From assembly GCA_963756435.1 (NCBI GenBank), contig CAVWNU010000023.1, forward strand, positions 34,609 through 98,608: a stretch of DNA of 64,000 nt, in the 5' to 3' direction. This document shows positions 1 through 9,396 of this stretch, piece by piece (the first letter of the stretch is position 1; every line of letters begins with the position of its first letter). The notes under the pieces are model-generated. The model saw nothing but the letters and a program-made list of their open reading frames with translations, did not search any database and had not been told where the DNA came from. Both the position numbers and the translations under genes were made by a program. The DNA is from an uncultured Acidobacteriaceae bacterium (GTDB taxonomy: Bacteria > Acidobacteriota > Terriglobia > Terriglobales > Acidobacteriaceae).

Positions 1-172
1 CTCATAGACCGGCATGTAGTAACGCTGCAATGGCGTGTTGGCAAAGCGGAGTCGGGCGCAGAAAAAGATGCTAGTCAGGGCAACGGCAGCGAACATTGCG
101 CCGTAGGTATAGATGGGAATATGACGCGGCCAGACGATTGTTTCTCCGTCGTCCCCAAGTGCTCTTCGCCAT
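1..172 (-). CDS. N-terminus of probable type IV coupling protein (TraD/TrwB-like); runs off window edge, one frameshift
   Basis: ATG at 172 with AAAAGGAG RBS; after a frame change reads ETIVWPRHIPIYTYGAMFAAVALTSIFFCARLRFANTPLQRYYMPVYE (TM segment); position downstream of the MobC-like gene and oriT. Assignment is from recall and context only. Confidence 0.45.
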
Positions 173-176
173 CGCG

Positions 177-542
177 CTATCTCCTTTTCTCCGACGCGAG
201 TCTTCCGGCCAGGTCGTGTTTCGCTGTGCTGATTTCGTCCAGCAACTTGTCGAATGCTTCGGGCGTGAGCTTCTGGCCTGCGGCAAGAGGACGGAGTACG
301 TTCACCAGGAGCAGACGAATACCAAGGACCTCTGCCAGCGAAGCATTGTTGACAGGTGCGCCGCGCAGCTCGCCAAGGATGACATCGCGTATCCACTGCC
401 CACGTGCAAGTCCCTGCGAACGTGCAAAGTCAGTGATTGCCTTACGCTCTTGCTTTGTCAGCTTCGCAGTCACCGGAAAGATACGAAGCGCCTCCCGGTC
501 GTTGTTCGAACTCGCCTCTTGTTTCGTGTTCAAAAGCGCCAT
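177..542 (-). CDS. MobC/TrwA-like relaxosome accessory (ribbon-helix-helix) protein
   Basis: VTAKLTKQERKAITDFARSQGLARGQWIRDVIL fits a strand-helix-helix pattern; lies between the candidate oriT and the coupling protein. Confidence 0.55.
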   Translation of the reverse strand: MALLNTKQEASSNNDREALRIFPVTAKLTKQERKAITDFARSQGLARGQWIRDVILGELRGAPVNNASLAEVLGIRLLLVNVLRPLAAGQKLTPEAFDKLLDEISTAKHDLAGRLASEKRR

Positions 543-560
543 GACAACCTCGCATTTCGC

Positions 561-700
561 AGGTGCACCGAAGTGCACCTCAAACCGCTATGTCGTTGAA
601 GCCGCTGCAAGTGCACTGTGGTGCACTTGCACGACCCTACGAGGGATGGAGTGTCAATATTCTTCCGGTGCGAAGCACCGTTGTGGTCTCTGCCACGGAT
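561..700 (+). promoter_or_regulatory. candidate origin of transfer (oriT), MOBF-like
   Basis: Three perfect inverted repeats (561-580 AGGTGCAC-CGAA-GTGCACCT; 606-631 TGCAAGTGCAC-TGTG-GTGCACTTGCA; 666-680 CGGTGC-GAA-GCACCG); the last is followed by TTGTGGTCT, resembling the R388 nic context. Confidence 0.6.
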
Positions 701-713
701 ATTAGGTGCGGGA

Positions 714-1040
714 TCATGCCTTCAATCCCGCCGCAGAAGCTGCTGTTTGTGCAGGCAATGATGCTGCAGACACCGGCTTCTTTGCAGGCGGCTCCGCATC
801 GTTCTGCAGCTGGCGCTTGCGGATGCGAAGCGTCGGTGTAATCTTCTGCGCTTCGGGCGACTTCAGGAACTCCTGGAAGTCGCGGTCTTTGGAGAAGACA
901 TAGGCGAGCGCCTGTTCGACCACATCATCGGCCGAAGCGCGGATGAAAGCGGCATACTGATCGACCTGAGTTGCGGTCGTATCAGTCAGCCGAATGGAGG
1001 CGCTGATCTGGCGGGTTTGGACGACTTCAAGTAGTGGCAT
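714..1040 (-). CDS. small hypothetical protein, possibly RHH DNA-binding
   Basis: 108 aa ORF with AAAGGAGA RBS; ASIRLTDTTATQVDQYAAFIRASADDVVEQAL pattern. Confidence 0.6.
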   Translation of the reverse strand: MPLLEVVQTRQISASIRLTDTTATQVDQYAAFIRASADDVVEQALAYVFSKDRDFQEFLKSPEAQKITPTLRIRKRQLQNDAEPPAKKPVSAASLPAQTAASAAGLKA

Positions 1041-1064
1041 TGCGGTTCTCCTTTGGTGATGGAA

Positions 1065-2028
1065 TCAGGCAATCTTTCTGCGGGCAATCATGCGTTGTGC
1101 GGTGGTCGCAATCTCCCGCGCACGAGCGGAGCAAAGTGCTGCGGGAAGTCTCGAAGCGGCGACGGGATTCAGAGCATCGTGATCACGTCGTCGATGGGCG
1201 CATGCCTTCGAGAAGCCAGCGACGGGCGGAAGCGACGTCGACGGTGCGCTGGGCATAGTAGAGAGGGTTGGGTTTATCGGCGCGGCGCGAAGCAAGCTCG
1301 CGCGTGAGCTTGCCGGCATCTTTGCCGTGAGCAAGCTCAGCGCAAACCCACGCCCAATCACTCTTCGGAGTGCTGTGTCTTTGCTGAGAGCTGAATGCGG
1401 GGCTGATCGCGAACCGGCAAGAGCATGGCATCGACCGCTGTGAATCATCGAGCTGGAAGTCGGCGGGTGTCCAAACTCGAATCGTCAGGGATATTCGACC
1501 GTGACAGGGTGAGCGGGATAATACTTGCTGATTCAGGAATCCAGGGATGCGAAGAACACGGTTGCAGTCGGTGCAGGCGGGATCGCCGCCGAAGGCGATG
1601 GCGAGCAGCTTGAGCGTGGTTTCCTGCTGCTCGAAGTCGAAGCCTTCGACGCGCCAGAAGCACCTGGTATTTGCCGGGCGAAGTCGAGAGGATCGCGGTG
1701 GCCGGAGGCACCGCATCCGACGCCCGAAGCGCAGCGAGCCGGGCATCGCCGTCCGTCGTCGATGTCGAGATAGAGATGACGGACGGATGCGATGCTCTCC
1801 TTGGTCCGCTTTCGGCTGCCAGGGCGAAGCGGATTGGCAGCGACATAGACGTTCGCTCCGCTATGGTTCTCGTGAGCGAGCCAGCCGAGATAACGAGGTG
1901 CGAGCGCCTGCTCCAGCGTAACGACACGCTGCTGGGTCTGTCGCCGGGCTCTCCGTGCGAAGCAGGAGAGCGATCGTCGCGCCTGGAGCGAAGCAACGGG
2001 TGAGGAATTCTTTGGCGACTTCGTTCAT
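1065..2028 (-). pseudogene. RepB-like DNA primase domain protein (frameshifted)
   Basis: Stitched frames give NVYVAANPL...HLYLDID...AILSTSPGKYQVLW...GGDPACTDCNRVLRIPGF, matching RepB'-type primase motifs; ATG at 2028 with GGAGGTG RBS; several indels. Confidence 0.7.
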
Positions 2029-2129
2029 GCGGTCACCTCCTGGTCAGTTCATTGCGAGCGATCACAGGGCTTTAGCAGCCGTAGAAGTCCGGCTGGATGC
2101 CGGACTTCCCGAGTTGAAGAGGAAGCGGC

Positions 2130-2506
2130 TTATGCGGCCTCTTCCTCGGGGAGCGTCTTCGTCTGTCTTCCACGGCTGCCTTGGCCGCGCGATCCAGCTT
2201 GAGAATCGAGTCCACCCGGATCTCCCAGATGGTCTGCTCCGAGTTGGTCTTCGTGCTGTCGTACTTGCGGCTGCGCAGCTCGCCTTCGACCTGGATATGT
2301 GCGCCCTTCTTGAGCGTGGCGGCGAACTCTCCGAGCTTGCCGAAGACGACGCAACGGTGCCATTCGGTGTGCTCGATGTACTTGCCGTCCTTCTTGTAGG
2401 AGGTCTTGGTTGCCAGCGAGAGAGTGGTGAGGCTGCGGTTGTTGTTGGTGCGAACTTCTGCGTCGTTGCCGAGGAAGCCGATGAGGGTGACTTTGTTCTG
2501 GTACAT
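2130..2506 (-). CDS. ssb: single-stranded DNA-binding protein (C-terminal frameshift)
   Basis: MYQNKVTLIGFLGNDAEVR...TEWHRCVVFGKLGE...LKKGAHIQVEGELRSRKY; the acidic tail (LPEEEAA) is in another frame. Confidence 0.9.
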
Positions 2507-3045
2507 GGTGGTGATCTCCGTTTCGTTGAATTTCCCGTATCCTGCTCGGGTCACCCTTCGCGAAGCGAGCGAGTGGGCCCGGCTCCCAAGTGCCAAGGAG
2601 TGCTTTCTTGGCGGGGCCCGAAGAAGTTTGAGCGGTGTTCTTTGCCGCGGCTTTCAAACTTGTTATGGGAGGAACCGTAGACCCCGAAGGGGCGACGCAG
2701 TCGAAGCAGAACGACGCCGAGCCGCAGGGCGCCGGATAGGCCCCGAAGCGTGACCCCGAGCAGAGGACGGGATACGAGACGGAAGAACTCCCGATGCACC
2801 GAAGTCACCCTACTCGCTTCTCGGCGGCAGAAGTTCGCCCAAACCGCAGCCGTTCGCATCGCTGGCAAAGAGTCTCCGTAGAAGGACGGCTTCAAGCACC
2901 TACCGTTGCGCTCGTCGGCAAGCTCGGGGATGCCACGCTGGGCGCTTTCAGAGACGAGTTGGGCTGTGCAGCCGGATTGGCAGCATGAAGGACCATCGGA
3001 GTGACCTCGGATTCGGGTTCGATTCTCTAGCTGGAATGCCTGGCG

Positions 3046-4021
3046 TCAGGCGGCGGAAGCACGATAGATCTCCTCGGTCTGGAAGCATTGTTCTGCATGG
3101 CTGTAGCCGGAGACGGTAATCAGCTCCCGGACGCGGCGGCGGCCCGTATGATCGCGCTCGCAATGCAGAACGAAGTCGATGGCTTTGCCGGTCTCCGACC
3201 GCACGAAAGCCTGGTTCGAGATTTGGTCTTGCACTCAGGGCCAAATCGGACAGCCGATTCGAGCGCGTCCCACGGCTGACTTCGCGTGAATCGTCGAGAG
3301 TGTTCCGCCATGGCCGGTATTCATCGCCTGGAGCAGGTCATAGCCGCATTCATCGCGGATCTCGCCCATGATGATGCGGTCGGGACGATGGCGAAGAGCG
3401 GCGGCCAGGAGCTGGCTTGGCGTGATGGCAACCTGGCCCGGGAATTGCCTCGACAGCCTCCCAGCGAACGGCGTTGGGATGGGAGATCTTCAACTCGGCT
3501 GGCTGCTCGATGATGACCAGCCGTTCGTGCATCGGAACGTGGTCAAGAAACGCTTTCATCAGCGTCGTCTTCCCGACCCGGTTCCGCCGCTGATGATGCC
3601 GTTCTTCTCGTCTGCCGATGAGGTCCACAACGGTATCCCGAACTGACGCCGGCAAGCTGCCCGCAGTCGATCAGCTCGTCGACGTGTACCAGCGATTGAA
3701 TTTGCGGATGGTAAGCGTCGGGCCATTGATGGACGATGGCGGCGCCGACGACGGCCACGCGGGAGCCGTCCGGCAAGCGTGTATTGAGGATCGGATTCTG
3801 GGTCGTGAGGTCTTGGCCAAGGATGCGGGCGACACGCTCGATCGCGGCCTGCAGCCGCTCGTTCGTGTACGGCGTCGACAGCGGAATGTGCTCGCACGAC
3901 GCCGCCGCGATCCGCATAGACGCCCGTCGTCCCATTGATCATCAGGTCGGAGATGGACGGGTCAAGCAAGAGCGCCCGCAGCTCTTCGGGAAAGAACGGC
4001 AAGAATCAGTTCGAAGCTCAT
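3046..4021 (-). pseudogene. virB11: VirB11/CpaF-family secretion ATPase (frameshifted)
   Basis: DPSISDLMING, PILNTRLPDGSRV, a split Walker A (ISGGTGSG/KTT) and ERLVIIEQPAEL spread across several frames. Confidence 0.8.
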
Positions 4022-4834
4022 CGCGGACCCTCCTGCGGCCGGAGCTGCCGACGCCGCCTGCGAGTCTGCGTTGGTGTACCTGGCGCAATCGGATCGACGG
4101 AGACCCGGTTCTCGTGGAACTCCGTGATCGTCAATCCGAGCGGGTTGATGGACTCGAACTGCGGGAAGATCTTCGCCTGGTCGCTCACCTGTTTCGGGTT
4201 CAGGTAGTAGGTGACACTAAGCAGCCAATGCTCTGTCCGTGGTTCATGCGAGTGCTGCTGGCGAGTAGAGCTTGTCGATAGTGATGAGCGCCGTTCCGCG
4301 CGCGATACGGAGCACCCTGAACCATCTCCTCGGACATGGACGTGATGGTGACATTCCGGACCTGGACATCGCTCTGCTTCGACCTGTCCGCCTATCGACC
4401 TGCGAGACAAGGTGATTCTGGTTGTCCGAGCCCATCAGACTGCGAGGCGAGGGTCTGCGAAAGGAAGTAGTAGTTGAGCGGATACTTCTTCGCGATAGTG
4501 TCGCGGTTGATGGTGTAGCGGTAGTTCGCCCAATCGGTGAGGTAGGTCCGGACTTCGCCTTCGCGCGGGCTGTAGTTCAGGTCGGTGTACTGGATCGCCT
4601 GGGCGCGCCCCATCTCGTCGATGCGGATGTAGCGATTCGCGATCGGCCGGTGCGCCAAGGAGAAGTTCAGCCACATCGATCCGCAGAGCAGAACCGTCCC
4701 GCATCCGATGATGAATCGGTATGCCTTCCGCTCGGCATAGTGGGAGGCATAGACCTCATTGCCGATCTGGTCGGTGAGCAGCGCTTGCTCCGGCGTCAGA
4801 GTGTTCTCAATGAGTAGCTGTGTGTGCTGGACAT
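4018..4834 (-). pseudogene. virB8: VirB8/TrbF-family T4SS protein (frameshifted)
   Basis: Single TM then YIRIDEMGRAQ, EVRTYLTDWANYRY and C-terminal INPLGLTITEF motif. Confidence 0.7.
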
Positions 4835-4853
4835 GGTGGCGTGTTGCTCCTTT

Positions 4854-5007
4854 CCGATGACGGCGTTGAAGAACGACGACAGGCGTAGATCAGGCCGGCG
4901 ATCAACGACACCGAGACGAAGAGCGCCAGAACAGGTACCGTACGATAGCCGCGAGCGCAACCCGTAGCTGCGCGCAAATAGAGAACGCCAATCAAGAACT
5001 TCCACAT
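4854..5007 (-). CDS. small hydrophobic membrane peptide in the T4SS operon (probably frameshifted; end approximate)
   Basis: MWKFLIGVLYL...VPVLALFVSVSLIAGLIYA; GGAGGTG RBS upstream. Confidence 0.35.
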
Positions 5008-5043
5008 CGCTATGCACCTCCCGCCTTCATGCGCGCAGCGCCG

Positions 5044-5936
5044 CTATACCTCCAGCCAGCTCTCGTGCGCTGCTGACGCCAGTCCCGCCGCCCCGCCGAA
5101 GATGGCCTGCGTCATGCTCGGAATGAACAACATATTGATGATGAACGCGACGAAAACCATCAAGCAAGGGATCAGATTCGCAAGCCACATCTCCATCGAA
5201 TAGTTGCCATTGAAGGTCTGTTGGAGGAAGCCATTCATGAAGCCCGCCCAGACGAAGATGAAGGCTGCGGCGACGGCCCGAATCATGGCGAAGCTGATGA
5301 GCACATCGAGGAAATGAAAGAACTTAGCCCGGAAGGTCTGCGTCATCAGCAGCGGCACGAAGATCGGTCCGAAGAGAGCCGTCACGCCGTAGAGGATGAA
5401 GGCGCTGCAGTTGATGACGAACAGGATCGCGGACGCGAGTCCGAGCATGATCTGCACGAGCGAAGTAGCAAAGGATCTGAACCGGCGCCGTAAACGACGG
5501 CATCGCGGTGTTGTCGCCGGCCGTCTTGAGGAGCTGGAGAAGCTGGTCCAGCGAGTTCTGATCGAAGGCTGCGACCATCGCCTGGGCGATGTAAGAGAAG
5601 AAGTGATTGATGCCGAAGCTCGCGCCGGGGAACGGATTGACCCAGTAGTTCTCAAGCAGGCAGCAGATGATGAGCCGGAGCAGGAAGTTCGTCAGGTCGC
5701 CGGCACGAACGGGGTGCGTATGGAAGCGAAGTGTCATGCCGCTCGTGTTCCAGTTGATGACCATGCTGACGAGCGTGAAAAGCGAGATGCAGCTCAGTTC
5801 GGTCAAGCCCAAGCTGCGTCAGCGCCCCGCCGTTCTGCGTCGTGAGATTGGTCAGGTTGTTGGTGAACTGGTACAGCCAATCGACGCCGGAACTCGCGCA
5901 CGGTAGGGCTTGTGCTAACAACGCGATGGAAATCAT
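5044..5936 (-). pseudogene. virB6: VirB6/TrbL-family polytopic membrane protein (frameshifted)
   Basis: Multiple TM helices, ALFGPIFVPLLM and FIPSMTQAIFGGAAG motifs; split over three frames. Confidence 0.7.
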
Positions 5937-5951
5937 AACGGCACTCTCTCG

Positions 5952-6233
5952 CTAGGTGAGATCTAGGGGATGTACGTCTTCCAGGTCTTGCCTTCGTTTG
6001 CTAGCGGCGGAGTTATGCCGCTTCTTGTCCTGCTTCAACCTTCTTGCGGAACGCCTCATCTTCTTTTCTTCGTTCCTCGGCGTCCTTTTGCTGTTGCTGA
6101 AGGATCGCAGCAGCTTTGGCTGCGGCCGCGCGGCTTTCGCAGCCTCATGCTGTTGGTAGATCGCGGCGCTGCCGATGACGGTCAGCGCCGCAAGGATGGC
6201 AAGCAGGATCTTCGTATTGATAGCTTTCAGCAT
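5952..6233 (-). CDS. small N-terminally anchored hypothetical protein
   Basis: MLKAINTKILLAILAALTVIGSAAIYQQHEAAKAA; lies between the virB5-like gene and virB6; 3' part likely frameshifted. Confidence 0.45.
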   Translation of the reverse strand: MLKAINTKILLAILAALTVIGSAAIYQQHEAAKAARPQPKLLRSFSNSKRTPRNEEKKMRRSARRLKQDKKRHNSAASKRRQDLEDVHPLDLT

Positions 6234-6245
6234 CGCGTTCTCCGG

Positions 6246-7036
6246 TTAGGGCAGATAGGTCTGCCAGGTGTTGCTCTTCGTTCGCGGCGCTGGTGTCGTT
6301 GCGTCGCGCGTTGCTGCTGAACGAAGGCGGCCGTGTTGAGGTCTGTCGCTGCGGCGTTGCGCCGCTCCATATTGGCGACGGTCATCTGCGAAGCAAGGCA
6401 GGCCTGCAGCGCGCCCTGCGACTGCATCTCGGACATCTTCTGCGCTTCTGCCGCATTCAGGAGGTTGAGCTGCTCGACTTCGCTGTTCGTAGCGCTGCTG
6501 CCGTCGAGCTGCTGCGCGGCGAGCGAGCTGTTCGCGGTTGCGTTCTGCGTCCTGCGCGGCCCGGTACTGTCCGACAGCCGTGAGGCAGTCGGGCGAGATG
6601 GAATCGGACATCTCGATCATGGCGAGTTGCGACATGCTGAGCGCTGTCCGAGCGTCTGCCCTGGCAAGGTAGGTCGGTCGTGCTGCCGCTCACGGAACGG
6701 TCGCAGCCTTCCATGCCGTGGTCGATGCGCGACGGCGAGTTGGTGTTGAGCGCGACGCTCATGCCGTCGGTTTCGCCGAACATATTCGCGACGTTCGCGT
6801 TCTTCAGCGCATTGAGCGTCGTCTGCCACTGCTGCTTGAAGGAGAAGTGCGTGATGTTGTTCTTGAGCATGTTGTACTGGTCTGAGAGGTGGTGAGCTGG
6901 GAGACCAGACTGGCGTAGCTGGTGGGATCGAAGACGATGTCTCCGAAACCGAAGAGCGCGAAGCTCGGCGTCGCGGTGACAGAAGCAGACCGCCTCCGAG
7001 GAGCCACTTGCGACGTTTTTGTAAGTTGAACTTCAT
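6246..7036 (-). pseudogene. TrbJ/VirB5-like exported T4SS protein (frameshifted)
   Basis: Signal peptide then LFGFGDIVFDPTSYASLVSQL (VFDP motif) and a helical Q/A-rich body; position before virB6. Confidence 0.55.
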
Positions 7037-7218
7037 AAAGCCTCCTGTTGAAGATAGCAGCGTCGGGTGAGTTGGATCAAAGGTGATCCGAATCTTGCGC
7101 GATCTGATCGCTGGCTCCTCCGTTCACGCCCTAAGATCGCGAGCGAAGATGCGAACACAGGCGAGAAGACATGTCTTGGAGTACTGGACGATCGCGAGTT
7201 GCATCATTACTCCTTTCG

Positions 7219-8520
7219 CTAAAGGTTGGGATCGACGCGATGTTCTGCGTAGGACGGAATCAGGATGTCCGTGCCGATGTAGACGCGGGCGCGGGAGCCT
7301 TCCTTGAGCGTGATGACGGGCAGGCGGTTCAGGAAGTGATTCAGCACCTGTTCGCCCTCCGCGGCGGACTGCTGCGGAGATGCCGTTGCGGATCTGCGTC
7401 GAAGGCGAGAGGACGCTGCCGTTGTTGCCGATCTGCGCGAGGCCGCCGAGACCGCCGATGGCGGCGGCTGCGCCGAAGGCCATGCAGGTAGCCGTGATCT
7501 ACTTTGGTGGCAAGGCCAGTCGTGCCGATCGGGTCGAGGCCGAGGTACTTGTCGAAGTCGAGCGAGAAGCCGTCCGGGCAGACGGCGCGATGGAAGGTGA
7601 CAAACATCTTCCGCTGCTGGGCGTTGCCGACACTCTGCACAGTTCCGATCAAGCGCGTGCCCTGCGGCATGAGGAGTTGCTGATGATCGTGGGAGTAGTA
7701 GTCGGTCGTCAGCATGACGAGGATCGGGCCAGCTGAAACCGCCGTCGATGTGATTGGTGACAACGCCTTCAAGAACCGTGCCCTCGAAGACGCGATAGAG
7801 CTGGCCCTGATAGCTGTCGAAGTCGTAGGCGGCCATCGGATCAGCCTTAGCGCTTCGGCCTGGCGATTGCTGGCTCGAAGCGGCTCTGCACATGCCGGAT
7901 CGCTCGTCTGCGGCTGCTTCGGCGATGCCTCACGCTCAGCTCTGGAAGTGCTCCGAGCAGGCACTGCTGCGGCGGGCGTTGACGGGCTGCCGGCATGGGC
8001 GAAGTCGATAGCGACGGTGTCGCTGTTGAGCGCGTCCTGCTGCTGCTTTCTCGTTCGCGAGCGCTTTCTGTTTGGCTTCGGCCTGCGCTTGCGAGACGTT
8101 CGAGGTGCGTTGCGGCGCGTTCGGACTGTCGCCATAGATCGCGGCGCGTTGCGCGGCGGTCATCGGCGGCGCGCCTGCCGCCTCCGGGCCGGGCACATCC
8201 TGCTCTGCCTGGAGCTGCTGCATCGCGGCGGCAAGCTCCTGCTGACGCTGCCGCTCCTCCGCGTCCGCTGGGCCTGCATCTGCTGCTGCGTCTCGAAGCT
8301 GGAGACCTGCTGCGCGTTCGGCGCGGCCGGACGCATCGGCAGCGCGCTCGTGCGGAGCAGCCTTCTTGTTGCCGCTGAACAGGCTCGAAAGGTTCGCGAT
8401 CCCGATGAGGCCGACGATGACGACCAGCGCGATGACGACCGGCATGCTCTTCCGCAGTGGCGGCTTCGCCTCTGGCTGCTCCGGAACGGTCGCGGGCGGA
8501 TTCTGATTCGGCTCCGGCAT
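7219..8520 (-). pseudogene. virB10: VirB10/TrbI-family protein (frameshifted)
   Basis: N-terminal TM (MPVVIALVVIVGLIGIA), Pro/Gln linker, EGTVLEGVV, LLMPQGTRLIG, NRLPVITLKEGSRARVYI. Confidence 0.8.
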
Positions 8521-8521
8521 G

Positions 8522-9367
8522 GCTAGTTCACCTCCTCCGACGCGGTGAAACTCCACCTTCTGCTTGCCGATGGCGAGATAGCCGTTCTCCAGTTGCTTCG
8601 GTACGGTGTAGAGGCCGTTGCTGAAGTCGAAGTTGATGAGCGATCCCTTCTTGTCCTTCACCTCGTAGAGGGCAGGCGTCTCCTGGAACTGGCCGCGCAG
8701 GTAGGTGAACTTGTCGTCGCGCCAAATCTGCTGCAGGCCAAGCTCCTTGCCCTTCTTCTCGTCCCAGGTGTAGTCGAAGTGGAGCGATGCCGGGATACTG
8801 GCTGCGATACTGCTCGGCCTTGCGTCTCCTCGGCCTTCAGTTCCGCAGCTTGCGCGGCCTTGGCTGCCGCGGCCTCCTGCTTCGCCTTGTCCAGCTCCGC
8901 GGCAGGAACGAAGACCGGCAGCTCGGTCAGCCTGTCCTTTGCCGCTTTGTCGCCGGGAGCGATGAAGACTTTGGAATCGAAGTGAGGATCTGCGTCGCTG
9001 GAGACCTCCCGAAGCTGCAAGGGTGTATTCGTTGCCGTGGTCGGAAACGATATGAATGTCCGTCGAGCTGTTCGCAACCTTCGGCTTGACGCTGATGAAG
9101 CGGCTGGCGACATGGCCGCCATCGAAGACCCAGTCCACCGTGTCGCCCCGAAGACGTTGGCGACCTTCTCCTCGGCGGGCAGCAGGATCAGCGTCGATTG
9201 CAAGAGGCCGGCACGGATCACAGGCGGCGTGTCCGCCTCGGACACGGTGACGGTGCGCGGAGCGTTCGGCTGGAGAGGATGTGGCTCTGGTGCGGCGCTG
9301 CGCTGGGCAGAGACGGCGGGCCAAGCGCAAGTCCAGCGGTGACGATGATGGGGATGAGTGGTTTCAT
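8522..9367 (-). pseudogene. virB9: VirB9/TrbG-family protein (frameshifted)
   Basis: Signal peptide MKPLIPIIVTAGLALG; STLILLPAEEKV; C-terminal QQIWRDDKFTYL...ETPALY...LINF motif. Confidence 0.75.
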
Positions 9368-9396
9368 GGCACTGGTCCTTTCTGGTTGGAGATTGG

